From assembly GCA_039096225.1 (NCBI GenBank), contig JBBPEB010000027.1, forward strand, positions 682,001 through 746,000: DNA of 64,000 nucleotides, given 5' to 3'. Positions 1 to 16,587 of the stretch are shown one piece after another; within the stretch, counting starts at the first letter, position 1; every line of letters starts with the position of its first letter. The notes beneath the pieces were generated by a model. It searched no databases and was not told the origin of the DNA. It saw only the letters and a program-made list of their open reading frames with translations. The position numbers were made by a program, and so were the translations under genes. This DNA comes from Blastocystis sp. Blastoise. Its lineage: Eukaryota > Protista > Bigyra: Opalinata.

Positions 1-256
<256 letters not shown>

Positions 257-257
257 G

Positions 258-3123
<2,866 letters not shown>

Positions 3124-4166
3124 TTCTTTTTTTTTCTACTCTTCTCATTCTTATTTAATAAGAGTTGTGATATATCATTATAGTTATTTATATATATATA
3201 TATATATATTAATCTTTTATATTGTATGTATTAAAATATTGTTTTTTCATCTTTTTGAGTTTCTAAAAGTTGTTTTATTATTTTGATTAATCTTATTAGT
3301 TGTATTTTAAATAAAGAAATCATTCTAGTAATCCTTATAATCAAATTTTGATATTATATACATAAAGCTATTCATTATTTTCATTAATAAATAATAAAAC
3401 ATAGAATAGTATTTATTCTTCTCTGAGATATATACAGAACACTCTAATCTCTTGTTTACCATGTAATAAATAGTTATTAAAAATTTAAAACAAGATTACT
3501 GTATCAGATAAAACAATTATTTTTCAAACAATATATTCATTTTATCACCTACATCTAGAGACTTTATTTATTGCAATGTACATGTTTTTCTTGAAATATA
3601 AGCAAAAGAAAAACAAATTAAAGCAATTCTTTGCAAAAATTAATAGCCTTCAATAAATTCTAGACTCATTCTCAATAGTTTCTTCAATAAAAATATTACT
3701 TTTATTTAAAAAAAAACATAACAAAAAAGAAAAGAAAATATATTGAGTTATTCATGACAGTGTGAAGAGTACATGAATTTAAAAAGAGAATCATTTATAA
3801 AAGAAAGAATACAATAGGAACATATTTCTCGATTAATGATTGTAGAGAAGTAAAGAGGAGAAAAAGGAAAATATTGAAAGGTTCTATTCTAGTTCTCTAT
3901 AAATCAGTTTATAATGGATTAAAAATAGAAAAAGAGGCAATTTAGTTGAAATAATCGTGATTCTATGAAGTTCATTTAAATGAATGGTTTCTCTTTATTT
4001 CTGTTCAACATAATAAAAAAGGATGGTTCCCACTTTATTATATATTTTGATATTGACAATTATCTAATATATATTATTGAGAATAAGGATTATTTTCTTA
4101 TTTCTTAGTTTATTTAAGTTCTATTATAATAGTTCAAAAGGTTTATTTCTTTAAGGTAACTTAGAA

Positions 4167-5660
4167 ATGCAACAAAGACTCTATAAAACTGTTATTGGTA
4201 TGGAAATACATGCTCGTGTCTTATCGAAGACCAAGTTATTTTCTAGAGCTCCCGTTGCTGCTATAGATGCTGCTCCAAATACAACAATTAGTGGTTTTGA
4301 CCTTTCTTTACCTGGTACTCTACCTGTATTAAATAAATATTGTGTAGATCAATCTATTAAGGCTGGTTTAGCTTTAAATGGAGATATAAGTCCTGTTTGT
4401 CTTTTTGAAAGAAAGCATTATTTTTATCATGATTGTCCTTCTGGTTATCAAATAACTCAATCTAGATATCCAATTATGAAAAATGGTCAATTATTTGTTC
4501 TTCCTCCTGCAAATAAATCTCAGAAACGAAATTCTTTTCATCCTTTTCAAGTTAATATAAAACAAATACAATTAGAACAAGATACAGGTAAATCTTTCTA
4601 TGATGAGAATGGATATAGTTTAATTGATTTAAATCGTGCCGGAGCTCCTCTTATGGAAATTGTTACAACTCCTTGTATTCATGGTGCTTCTGAAGCTAGT
4701 TCATTTTTAAGTGCTTTACAGAATTTATTACAGATAATTGGAGTAAGTGAGGCTAAGCCAGAAAATGGAAGTCTTCGTGCAGATATTAATGTAAATGTAG
4801 TTTCTGAAGATAATACTATTGCTAGTCCTATTGTAGAATTGAAAAATTTAAATAGTATTCATATTATAGAAGATGCTATACATTATGAAGTAGATCGTCA
4901 AATTGATGCTTTAGAACATAATATTCCTTTATATAAAGAAACTCGATCTTATAATCCTGAATTGAAAGAAACATTTGTATTAAGAAAGAAAGAAAATGCT
5001 TATGATTATCGTATTTTCCCTGATCCTGATGTACGTCCTTTAAAGATTACACAAGATAGAATTCAATCTATTCAAAGCACACTTCCTGAATTACCTGCGT
5101 CTCTCTATTTAAGATTACAAAAACAATATAAACTTTCTGAATATGAATCTGCTGTATTAATTAATGAAATTGGTTCTGTTCCTTATTTTGAAAGTGTTTG
5201 TAAAAATATTAAAAACCCTACTTTAGCTTGGAATTGGATTTGTAATGAGCTTTTTGCGTATTTAAGAACTTTTAATATTCCTTTTGCTAATAATCCTGTA
5301 TCTGCTGAGAACTTAAGACAAATTATTATTAATTTAGAGAATAATAAGATTAATGGTCCAATGGCAAAGAGTATTTTAAAACAAGTCTGGGAAACAAAAA
5401 GAAATACAGAAGATATTATTAAAGAGAATAATTTCAACATGAATACAAATCAAGAAGAAATTCAATCTTTGTGTGATACTCTTTTTACTACAACATTAAA
5501 GAACAATAAATCATTCTTAAATCAACATTTTACCGGAGATAATCGAGTTCTTCCTTGGCTCGTTGGACAAATACTGAAAGAAACAAAAGGTAAATGTAAT
5601 CCAAATGATATCAAACAAATATTTGAAACTAAACTTAATTCGCTTAAACAACAATCTTAA
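4167..5660 (+). CDS. gatB: Glu-tRNA(Gln) amidotransferase subunit B (GatB/PET112), probably mitochondrial; intronless
   Basis: VIGMEIHA, LPGTLPVLN, FERKHYFY.D.PSGYQITQ, QLEQDTGKS, IDLNRAGAPLMEIVT, GSLRADIN, VELKNLNS, DYRIFPDPD. Confidence 0.97.
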   Translation: MQQRLYKTVIGMEIHARVLSKTKLFSRAPVAAIDAAPNTTISGFDLSLPGTLPVLNKYCVDQSIKAGLALNGDISPVCLFERKHYFYHDCPSGYQITQSRYPIMKNGQLFVLPPANKSQKRNSFHPFQVNIKQIQLEQDTGKSFYDENGYSLIDLNRAGAPLMEIVTTPCIHGASEASSFLSALQNLLQIIGVSEAKPENGSLRADINVNVVSEDNTIASPIVELKNLNSIHIIEDAIHYEVDRQIDALEHNIPLYKETRSYNPELKETFVLRKKENAYDYRIFPDPDVRPLKITQDRIQSIQSTLPELPASLYLRLQKQYKLSEYESAVLINEIGSVPYFESVCKNIKNPTLAWNWICNELFAYLRTFNIPFANNPVSAENLRQIIINLENNKINGPMAKSILKQVWETKRNTEDIIKENNFNMNTNQEEIQSLCDTLFTTTLKNNKSFLNQHFTGDNRVLPWLVGQILKETKGKCNPNDIKQIFETKLNSLKQQS

Positions 5661-6066
5661 ACAATAACATATATCTTTCTTTCTCTTTTTTTTTTGTGTG
5701 TGTGTTTTCCTTTTCAAACTTATTATTTTTTACATTTTTCTATTTAGATTCTATGATTACTGTTTATGATCGATTGTTTTTCTTTAATTACTTTTTTTTT
5801 ATTATTTTCTTTTGTATCATTGTCTCCTTTCTTTATTGCTTATGTATTCATTGATTGCTTCTATATTCATTAAAGTTGTATTTATTTGAAAATATTATAT
5901 ATTTTATTTTGTTTTATAATATATAACAAAACAAAAAGAAAAGATAATAAAAATTTAATAAAAAATAATACTATCTTAAATAGACTAAGGAAAAAAAAAG
6001 AATAACATATATATGTTAATTAAAAAAAAAAATATTTATATTAAAGAGTGTCTACGTTCAACATCT

Positions 6067-6703
6067 TTAAATAAGAAGCTTTTCAATTTCAATCTTAAGG
6101 TTTTGAATTTGATCCTTTAATTGAGAAGAATCGTTTTTGACTACAGAACAAGCAATAACAGGTCTAGTAACACCACAGGCACGACCAAGAGCAGTCTTGC
6201 TAGGAACAAAAACATAAGGAATGTTTTTATCTTCACAAAGAAGGGGTAAGTGAAGAAGAATCTCAAGAGGTTCAGCATCAGCAGCCATAACAATGAATTC
6301 GGAAATACCTCTATTCAGAGTTTTGGTAGCTATGTATAAATGTAAATTTATTAAATATATCATAAATAATTGATATAATACTAATAATATTGTCATAAAA
6401 AGAATTATATATTATTGTTATTATCATGATTGATAATTAATTAACATATATATATATATTATTTAATAAAACTAAAGAAAAAAAGGAAATTTCGGATAAA
6501 ATATTAAAATACTTAAGATATAGTACTAATAAAATATATAGCTTCATTGGCACCCTTCTTTAACTGTTTGTAATTAGTAGCTTGTTGAACTAAATCAAGA
6601 ATAGAAACGGTTAAATTACCATCAGCTAAAGGATAAGCTTTAGGGTTAGCAGAATCCTATATCTTATGTTATACAATATGAAACATAATGAACTTACGGT
6701 CAT
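6067..6703 (-). CDS. SNU13: SNU13/NHP2L1 (15.5K; U4/U6 and box C/D K-turn-binding protein), 3 exons
   Basis: Exons 6703-6698, 6656-6542 and 6329-6067 give [67 protein letters not shown]. Intron 2 reads CT..AG (see findings). Confidence 0.97.
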
Positions 6704-7951
6704 TTTTATGAATATATAATAAGAGCCTCGGCTAAAAAACTAAGGTTGTTTTCTAAATGAAAAAGAGAAGGCAGATTTGTGTGGTGAATTCTTTTGCTTT
6801 TCGACTTTTTTGATAATCACGATTATTAAATAAATTACTACACAAAATAAAAAATAAACAGAAATCAGACACTATAATTCAGTTTATGTAAGTAATATCT
6901 AATACTTGCTGATTCAACTACTCAACTATGGTCGTAATTCTCCATATAAGTATATAATAAGTTGTTATTATTACTTAAAAAATGATTCTTAAAGGAAGCA
7001 CTTTGTTTTAACATATGATTTAAAACATTTATTCAATGTAAACGATGATGAAAATATTTTACTAAGGTTATTTTGTTAGTTTAATAGTTTTAAGTTTATA
7101 TATAAAGAGAAAGTACTGTAAAGTTGTAAGTATTATCAGCCTTTAAATATTTTTTTAAATAATTTATTACCATTACAATGAATATTTCTTTTTAGTATAA
7201 TGTATAGAATTAATTATACTTACTTCTTTCTATGTGTTGTCAGTATAATCATTTTATTTTCAATTTATCTATAAATCTTTTTTTTTTCATTGATATTATC
7301 TTCTTTTTAATAATTTTCATCGTTAATGCTGTCTCACATGTTGAAATCAATAACCAAATTTATGAAATATTTGATTTGTAAATATGAATAAATTAATGAT
7401 TTCATACATATTATAAAAGACTTTGACATTTAAAGTAAAGTATATAAATAAAGAAAACAGTCAACACACTTTTACGCATTTCAATATATTACGATATTTA
7501 AATACGACCTAGCTAGATCAATATTCTATTAAATAACAAAATTTTTGTATATCTTTATCTAAAGATGCTCATAATTCATTTTTTACTTTGAATAGTACAT
7601 TAATGAGCAAATATATACACAGATTCAATTGTTAATTGAAACGAAATTTAATGTACATTGATGATTTTCTTCTTTATTATTATTACTATTTTGTTTTTTC
7701 AACATTATTCTTATTATACTCAGCCATTCATTATATATATTCTAAAAAAACAAATTTGAAACTTGCAAATCTTTCAATAAACCGCGAAATATCATTTTGG
7801 TAAGTATTCTCATCCTATATATTATTTTAATAATATAAAATATATTAGAATAAATAAGTATTGTGTGTAGTATTTAAAATTCAATGTATATATCTATATG
7901 ATGATTATTTATGAGTGTAATACTGTTCTGTCTAGTTAGTTTTCTATTTTT

Positions 7952-10227
7952 ATGATGAGTAATTCCGTGAATCCTGGTGATCAACAAAATAATACTAATA
8001 AAGAATGTATATAGAAGCATTATTAGTATTCATTTCTATTGATTTCATAGTTTTATTTCGTTTTCAAGAAGAAAACACTTGTAAAGTATCGAGTAGCTTT
8101 TTAGAAAAGCATCCTGAATGTATTTTAAATGATTTTATTCAGATTGATGGAGAGGAAGAAGAAGATGATGGAATCTACATTGATTATACTGTTCATTATC
8201 CTGAATTATTGATATCTATTATAGAAGGAGAGTCTAGTGACACTCCTTTAGACGATACTATTGATGTATCTCTTCTAAAGAATGATTTTTTAGCATTATT
8301 TCCCGATAGAGATGGGAGAACTGGTATTGATGTGAATACTCTTAGTAAGCCTATATTTGATTATTGTTCCAAGTCAAAGGATAGTATATGTCATTGTAAG
8401 ACACCTGTATATTCATGCGCTCCTACTAGTGACTCCGATACATATCAGAATGAAATTGTAGATACCATGAACTTTCAAGATAAATATGTATATATAGTAT
8501 CAGGTATATTATTATTTATATATTATTATTTATATATTATTATTTATATATTATTATATATATATTATTATTTATATATTATTATTATATATTATTATAT
8601 ATTATTATTATAAATTATGAATCTCTATAAATATCTTTAGGACAATTAAGTGATTCAAAAATAAATGAATTGAAGCAATTACGTCGATATTTCTCGTTCT
8701 TCAACTTTGTTGCTATTTCTATTGAATGTATATTTATAGAGTTATTTTCATCATAATATTAAATATATATATATATATATATATAGCTACCTTTACCCTG
8801 GATCTCGATATAACTACAGTTATTAATGATCAATATTTAACTATTTTCCCTAATCTTCCTTCTCTTCATATACGATGTATGTATATATATAAGTATATAT
8901 ACATATATATAGTTCTATATTATAAGAAGAAGGATATAGATGTTCATGAAGTAGCTTTTAATTATAAAGAGAAAGAAGGTATACAATTATATATATATTC
9001 ATATTTAACTAATCAACTATTTCTATAGAAACTCACTACATATATAAAATGAAGTATATACTTTATCTAGAATGATATAAATATATATATAGTTTATATA
9101 ATATGTATAATGCTTCCTTTGTAAAATGGATCTTGAATAATCCCTATAAAGATACTATTGAAGAAGTCATTTATAGTATACTCTTTATATAACTATAGTA
9201 TAAATACTATACATATATATAGATGATTCAGATGCTATAACTCAATATATGTCGATATTTAAGAATAATTTGTATCCTTCCATCAAAAACATTCATTTCT
9301 CTTATTGTATTATTATATATATATATATATATATATATCAATCTATATGAATAGATATTATTCGAAAACAGAATATGAATTCTCTTAAAGGTACCATTAA
9401 GAAGCTCTCAGTTCCCACTGTAGAATGTCTCTCCTTTGAAAGTATACTATATATGATGCTATTACCATTTCTTATTATACTCTCATTATTTTTATATATT
9501 ATCATTATCATCCTAGATGTTCCTATTGGTCGCTACATATGTGAACGTATTCCCATGATTATTTCGTATGTTAATAATACTAGTTTTCCAAATATGAAAA
9601 GAATCTCTTTTCAAGGAGGTATATTATTTTACATCAATATTCCTATTAATATCTCTTCTATAGCTAGCTTCTATGAATCAAATGTCTTTACTTCCTGCCT
9701 TAAAAATACTGAACTATTTGAAGAAATCAATTTAAAAGGTAATATATATATATATAGAAGTATTTTCACAATAAGTTATTCTCTGTAATTAATAATATAG
9801 AGATTAGTAACGATGCACTATTCAATTTCTTTGAATCTCAAAGAAATGGCTTGTTCCCTAATGTAAAACATATCGATATAGATAGTATATACATATATAC
9901 ATATTTCTCATTAACTCTTCTTAGTGATGCCTTCTTCTATTGAATTTAAGAATCTTCGCTTCGTACAAAAAGTCATTGAAAACAGTTCATTACCACCAGT
10001 AGAGAAATTATTCATAACAAGAAAACGTGATTGGTTATTTTGCAGACAATCCCATAATTTCACAAACAATCGTATATATATATATATTTGTTTATTTACT
10101 CTAAAACAATCGTTAATATTAATATCATAATATATAGAAGAACAATGGAATTCTCTCTCCTCTTTATTCAATAGACTATCTACTTCGCTTCATGAACTCA
10201 ATATTGAAGGTAATTCTGTCTATAATA

Positions 10228-10258
<31 letters not shown>

Positions 10259-12046
10259 GGTATAGAAAACATAAGTGCCAATACTATTCAAGATATGATA
10301 GAACTCTTTACTCCACTCACTTTCACTAAACTAACAAACCTTAAACTCATCCGTATATATATATAAATTGATATACTCTATATATAGATAATGAGCCTAT
10401 TACTTTCATGCCTTCTCTCCTCCTTTTCCTCTCTTCCTCCTCTTATCCTTCTCTTCAATCACTTACTATTCAATGTGAATCATTCAATAATCAAGTACCA
10501 ACAGAGAATATTACACTCTCTTTTGAAGATCTCAAGAAACAATCGATTCATCTTAAAATGCCTTGTTTGAAAACTCTCACATTCACAAGTAATATATGTA
10601 TCATATTTATCAATCTCTATTTCATCCTTTATCTAGAATTATATTTCAATTCAGAAAGTCTTCTTTCTACACTAACATTATTCCTCACTAGTTGTCCTTC
10701 AATGGAACAACTTACATTTGAAAGTAATATATATATATATAATTCATATATTATATATTATTTATATAGGTTGTTGGTTTGACAATCAATGTGATAATGC
10801 ATTATTGACTGTTGCTAAACAAGGACTTATGAAACATATTCAATATATTTATTTTGATTGTATTCAAAAAGAGTATAACGATGATTCAGAATATACATCT
10901 TTTTTTATTCCACGATATTTCTGTAATCTAGAAAAAGGCCAATTGTCATCATTAAACTCATTGTACTTTTCGAGTAAATGTGTTTTATAATATTTAATAT
11001 CTATTGTGTTATATAGAATTTAAATTCACTATTGATGACTTTCAGAGTTATGTCAGTCTCTTTACTAATCATATCATTCCTTCTACTTGTTTCTCTCTCA
11101 CAATTCCAAATAAATCATATATTCGTATTCTCATATATATAATATTTATTCTATATATACTTATTACTTTACTAATTCTATATATATATCATATTTATAT
11201 AGCTAAGATTATTATTCCTTCTGAAGGCATGAACTATCTTCTTGATGCCATTAAAGACAAGAAAATGACCCACCTTACCACAATCAACTTAAAATGTATT
11301 CATTATTAGTTATTATAGTACATAAATCTATATAATACTATGCAATTAATATTAATATAGATACATCTATATCACTCGAGAATCTAGAACGATTTATTAG
11401 TTATTTAAATAAAGAATATCTACCAAACCTGAAATATTTCTTGATTTCATGTATATATATCTCTCTATTACTAATTTGTTTCCACTATTATCTATTTATA
11501 GTAGATGACAATGACAAGTCAGTTGATTATATAAATCCTTTAATAGAACATATGGAATTAGTCGAATGCAAACAATTATGTTATAAAATTTTCTTCTCAC
11601 ATTATTTGAAAACAATTGAATCAAAATATGATGTTCCTAATAATAATAATAATTTTAATAATATTAATGATAATGATAATAATAATAATAATAATAATTT
11701 CTTCTTTAGAAAATCAAATAGTCAATCAAGAAATACATTGAATAAGACTGCTCGAGTTGTGACAGGAACATCAGCCGCACCTCTTGGAACAATTATCACT
11801 GATAATAAGCGAAACATAGATAATACAGTTAATGATAATGATGATAATAGTGATAATGATAATGATGATGATGACAGTTCATCTGAAGCAGTAGATATGA
11901 CAGAAGAGAAAACAAATAACGATACTAACACTAGTAATCCTGCTGTGTATAATTATGGCAAAAAGAATAAGAATAAATCGAAAGCAAACAATTGGAACCA
12001 AGGAACGAGACGAAGAAATAATTACTGGAGATATGATTCCTCTTAA
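7952..12046 (+). CDS. BTB/KCTD-like N-terminus plus degenerate LRR protein with Asn/Asp-rich tail, about 22 exons
   Basis: Continuous frame through 21 GT-AG introns. N-terminal FRFQEENTCKVSSSFLEKHPECIL. Repeated FPNLPSLHI, YPSIKNIHF, FPNVKHIDI, LPNLKYFLI motifs. Confidence 0.7.
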
Positions 12047-13639
12047 TTCATATACTTATGTCTTATTAATGACTCATATTTCGTGAATAAAAATTATTAT
12101 ATATAATATATTATTTGTATAATATTCATTTCATTTTTTATATTAACATCAGTATTTTTTTTTCATTTAATAACATGTTTTGTTTCATTCCATTTTTTAA
12201 ATGTTTTTTTTATGCAAGAAATTCATAACATGACTGTAAATAATATTATGATATCACATTAATAGTATTATCTAATACACAATAAGAATTACATATAATT
12301 TATTATAAAATCAATTTATTTGTTTTCTAACATAAAACGGCTTCAACACCAATATTTAATATGTTTAAAAACATTCATATATTAAATACACTTCTCTTTA
12401 CATTTTTTCCATATTTTTCACTAATAAAAAAAAGAATAAAAATGTTTTCTAATTAGAGTAATTCAAAAGTTTAGACAAAAATTGTAACAAGTTATCCGAG
12501 TTATGACGCTTGTATAAGTATTTATATCTGTTATATTTATTATATAATATATTATATTATTTAATTATCAAAAAAAATTAATTTGCATAAATAAATAATA
12601 ATATATAAACAGTAAAAAAAAATGTTTAAATTATTAAAATAAATCATATATTGAATTTCTCTTTTCTTTGTTGTTGAAAAACTTGTTAATAGAGCGGTTC
12701 AAAAGTTGCAACAAAAGTTGCGACAAAGTTGCTAAAATACTTGCGACAAGTTGTGAAAGTTGCGATAGTTTTTACACAATATTTTTATAAACATAATTTT
12801 TAATAAAGAAAACAAAAGTAAAGCATATAAAATATATATTATAAATAAGTTAAGAAAAAATTTAATCAAGATTGATTTCTGAAACATTACTAAAAGTAGA
12901 TAAATTATCAAAAGAAATTGATAAAATATCATCAAGAGAATCAGATAAAACACTATTTGAATTGAAATTTGTATTTTTTTCTTCATTTTCACTTTAATTT
13001 ACTATTGATTAGAGCGGTTCAAAAGTTGCGAGAAAAGTTGCGAAAAAGTTGCGACAAGTTGCGACAAGTTGCCACACTTTTTATATTTCATTTGTAAGCC
13101 ATATATTTATTATATAATAAATTTATATATATAATTATAGAGAGATTTACATGATGATTACATAAATAATTTTTAAATGAATTAAAAATCAGTTTAATAC
13201 TCTTAATAAGCGTTTTAAACACTAAAAATTGAATTTTTTAAAGCCAAATTTATTCTATAAATATCGTTATTTTAATCATTTTAACAATCTTTTAACGATT
13301 TTTAAAATATTATATTATTTTTATATTATAAGAATAATGTTATTAAATATAAAAAGTGAAAAATTGAATGTCATAGATAGAGCGGTTCAAAAGTTGCGAC
13401 AAAAGTTGCGACAAGTTAAGACAGTTGCGACACTTTTTATATCTCATTTGTAAGTCATATATTTATTATATTATATATTTAAATATATAATTATAAAGTT
13501 ATTTTCATGATGATTACATAAATAATTTTTAAATAAATTAAAAATAAGTTTAATACACAAAATAAGCGTTTTAAACACTAAAAAAATGAAATTTTTGAAA
13601 TTCATAAGAAAAATTCATTAGATAAATATACTTATTTTA

Positions 13640-15176
13640 CACCCATGGGAAAAACCCGAAAAAAAGGTAAAAACCCGAAAAACTTCTGTTTTTTGAGGTC
13701 AGTTTTGTGTTTTTTTTTTAGTTTTTATAAAGATTATACAACTAAAATAATGATTTGCAGATATTCTGCAGCTTTTAAAGACGTTCCTGATAAAGTTGAA
13801 CGTGCTGCACTTGTTTATACAAATGCTAAAACTGATTATGGAAAACATGGATTTACATACATGGAAGTTGCTAACTATTTTGATGTTACGTTGTCGTCAC
13901 TCTACCATGCTGTAAAGGCTTTAAAGGATAAAAGGCCAATAAGTCATCCTGGAAGACCAAGATATTTAACAAATGATGAAGAAGTCTCTTTGTGCGATGA
14001 TTGGAGAATACAAGCGTTAAAAAATGATCCTGTTTCTGTTTTCGATGCTATTAATGATGTCACAAGTGTTATTAACTATAAACATGAAAACAAAACTAGA
14101 AAACAAAGTCCAGTTTCTCGAAAATATATTTCAAATATTCTTAAGAGAAATGACTTCAAATTGAAGAATGTCAAGGTTGTCACAAGAACAACCGATTATC
14201 CTCCTCGTGAAGATGTAAAAGTGTTTCTAGATGAACTTCATGAACTTTATAAATCTAATTATTATCGTGACTGTCTTATTTTTAATATGGATGAATCCTG
14301 GCTTCATTATAATAAAGATAAAAGTTCGATTAAAGTTATTACACCTCCTAATAGTAAAATACTTCGTTTATCGTCAGAGAAAGAAGAACATATGACAGTA
14401 ATTTGTTGTGTTTCAAAAGCAGGTTTTTTTGTACCTTTGGAAATGTTAGTTCCTTTTAAATCTATATCAATATCAGATGTATTATCAAAGGATTTAGGAT
14501 CTTTAATTATAAAAGAATCTGCTAAAGGTTGGATGAATAAAAATGAATTTAAGAATTGGATTGACAATGTGTTCTTACCTTATGTAAATTATAATAGAAG
14601 ATTTTCTAAAACAGAAAGAGCTTTATTAATAGTGGATGGACATACAAGTAGATTTGACTCTACTTCATTAATGGAACTTAGAAAAAATAATATAGACTGT
14701 ATATTATTGCCTCCAAATTCAACTTCTATCCTTCAACCACTTGATCATGTAGTGTTTTCTTCTTTTAAAACTGAACTCTGTAAGAAATTGAAAAGTGGAA
14801 ATAAGTGTGACTTCATTAAAGCAGGTTATGAGTCACTAATGAATGCTTTGTCGTATAACAATATTAAGCAAGGTTGGGCTCAAACAAATTTATTTGGTAA
14901 GCCAGAAGACGTCTTAGAGTTATTTGAATCCAAAAAAATACAAAATAAGAAAAGAAAAAAAGTCAACATAATTAGCAATGTATTAACCTGTGAAGAAAAT
15001 ATTAAACGATTATCTGGTATTTCATTAGATGTAACTGTTGTAGAAACAAATAATGATTTTTAATAAATTGTTTTGTTTATATAAATTAGAAATAATAAAT
15101 ACAACATCAAAAAATATATGTTCTAATTTCAAATTTTTCGGGTTTTTACCTTTTTTTCGGGTTTTTCCCATGGGTG
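13640..15176 (+). mobile_element. pogo-family (DD35D) DNA transposon, apparently intact
   Basis: Perfect 43-bp TIRs CACCCATGGGAAAAACCCGAAAAAAAGGTAAAAACCCGAAAAA (13640-13682 and 15134-15176), flanked by TTA on both sides. Empty site visible in the paralogous hAT copy at 13266-13280. Confidence 0.93.
13750..15063 (+). CDS. pogo/Fot-like DDE_1 transposase with N-terminal HTH/CENP-B-like region
   Basis: GRPRYLTNDEE, FNMDES, SAKGWM, LLIVDGHTSR, LPPNSTSILQPLD; 35 residues between the 2nd and 3rd Asp. The upstream ATG at 13645 lies inside the TIR, so 13750 is the preferred start. Confidence 0.92.
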   Translation: MICRYSAAFKDVPDKVERAALVYTNAKTDYGKHGFTYMEVANYFDVTLSSLYHAVKALKDKRPISHPGRPRYLTNDEEVSLCDDWRIQALKNDPVSVFDAINDVTSVINYKHENKTRKQSPVSRKYISNILKRNDFKLKNVKVVTRTTDYPPREDVKVFLDELHELYKSNYYRDCLIFNMDESWLHYNKDKSSIKVITPPNSKILRLSSEKEEHMTVICCVSKAGFFVPLEMLVPFKSISISDVLSKDLGSLIIKESAKGWMNKNEFKNWIDNVFLPYVNYNRRFSKTERALLIVDGHTSRFDSTSLMELRKNNIDCILLPPNSTSILQPLDHVVFSSFKTELCKKLKSGNKCDFIKAGYESLMNALSYNNIKQGWAQTNLFGKPEDVLELFESKKIQNKKRKKVNIISNVLTCEENIKRLSGISLDVTVVETNNDF

Positions 15177-16117
15177 TTAATCATTTTTTAATTCTTTTAA
15201 CGATTTTTAAAGTATTATATTATTTTTATACTATCAAAATAATGTTATTAAATATAAAGAGTGAAGAATTGAATGTCATAAAAGCTTCATTGAAGACAAA
15301 ATGAGCTCATTAAGTATAAAAATATTTTTAAAATGATTCATTTCTTCATAATGAGCTAATAATGAGCTATTGATAACATATATATTCAAATAATTTCATT
15401 TCATCAAAATTCAATTTTTAACAGTCTTCATTAGGCATCATATAATGAATCATTATGATATAAATATGTATCTATATGATAATTAATAGTCAATTATAAA
15501 TATATTATTCTTAATTAGATGACAAGATGAGCTGATAAAAATAAATTCAGTTCAAAATGGCTTAAAATCAATCTATTCATGAACCAATTTTCATTATTAA
15601 ATACTATGAATGATAAACATAATAATTTTAATTGAATATAATTAAATAATTAATAGAACATCAAACTCAAATTCATTTGAATTTTGATTAGAAAATTGAA
15701 TTTCAAAAATGAGTCAAAAATGGATTTATCCCGTAAATAAATCAATTTTTAACTGGAAAAAAATTGTTCAAAATATTTAGAATTCTTTCTTTAATTCATT
15801 TCATATGATCTTCTCATTTTTATAAAATGAAATTTGGTATATATATTTGCCGATACTTAATTTATATAATGAAATATTCTCTTATATAAAATATTAATTG
15901 AATATATGTTTAAATGAAAAGTTGTGACAAAGTTGTGACAAATTGCGACACTGAATCTATTTTTTAAACAAGTCTTTTTTAATTGCCAAATTAATAAAAT
16001 AATCACGGTACTCTCGCCATTATTAATGGTAAAAAAAGTTGCGACAAATTGCGACAAGTTGCGACAAGTTGTGAAATTTGTCGCAACTCGATTTGTCGCA
16101 ACTTTTGAACCGCTCTA

Positions 16118-16587
16118 CTCAAAATATGATAAGTAAAGAACAAATGATAAAATTATATTTTCATCTTCTTAAACAAATTCCTACTATTTCTAAAATAATT
16201 CCTTTCATTCTTCAATTACCTTCTACTACTGTTAGTGTAGAAAGATCTTTCTCTTTTATGAATATTTTATTTACAAAGAATAAATTTTGTTATTCTGATG
16301 ATAATTTGTTTAGAGATTTTTTTTTTTATATGAATCCACAAACAGATAATGTTTCAATTCAAAATGATTCAATGATTATTGAAGATGAAATAGATACTAC
16401 AATTAATGATTCTTCAATAACAATTGTAGATGATAATGAATCAATAACAAATGAAAGTGAAAATGAAGAAAAAAATACAAATTTCAATTCAAATAGTGTT
16501 TTATCTGATTCTCTTGATGATATTTTATCAATTTCTTTTGATAATTTATCTACTTTTAGTAATATTTCAGAGATCAATCTTGATTAA
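16118..16587 (+). pseudogene. 3' fragment of a hAT transposase (C-terminal dimerisation domain plus acidic tail)
   Basis: ILQLPSTTVSVERSFSFMNILFTKNKFCYSDDNL matches the hAT PxS/TxxxERxFS motif. Truncated at its 5' side by the TIR ending at 16117. Confidence 0.85.

Larger units (their letters stand above)
13378..16117. mobile_element. Non-autonomous hAT element (about 1.2 kb once the inserted pogo element is removed)
   Basis: Paired TIRs with TTGCGAC subterminal repeats at both ends. No transposase ORF of its own. No matching 8-bp TSD found. Confidence 0.7.

Noticed and set aside
4167-5660. Intronless gatB as bacterial contamination or recent transfer
   Set aside because: Composition matches the neighbours, the flanks are eukaryotic, and nuclear-encoded mitochondrial GatB is expected.
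6330-6541. Intronic C/D-box snoRNA or K-turn in SNU13 intron 2
   Set aside because: No RUGAUGA or CUGA boxes were seen on the sense strand.
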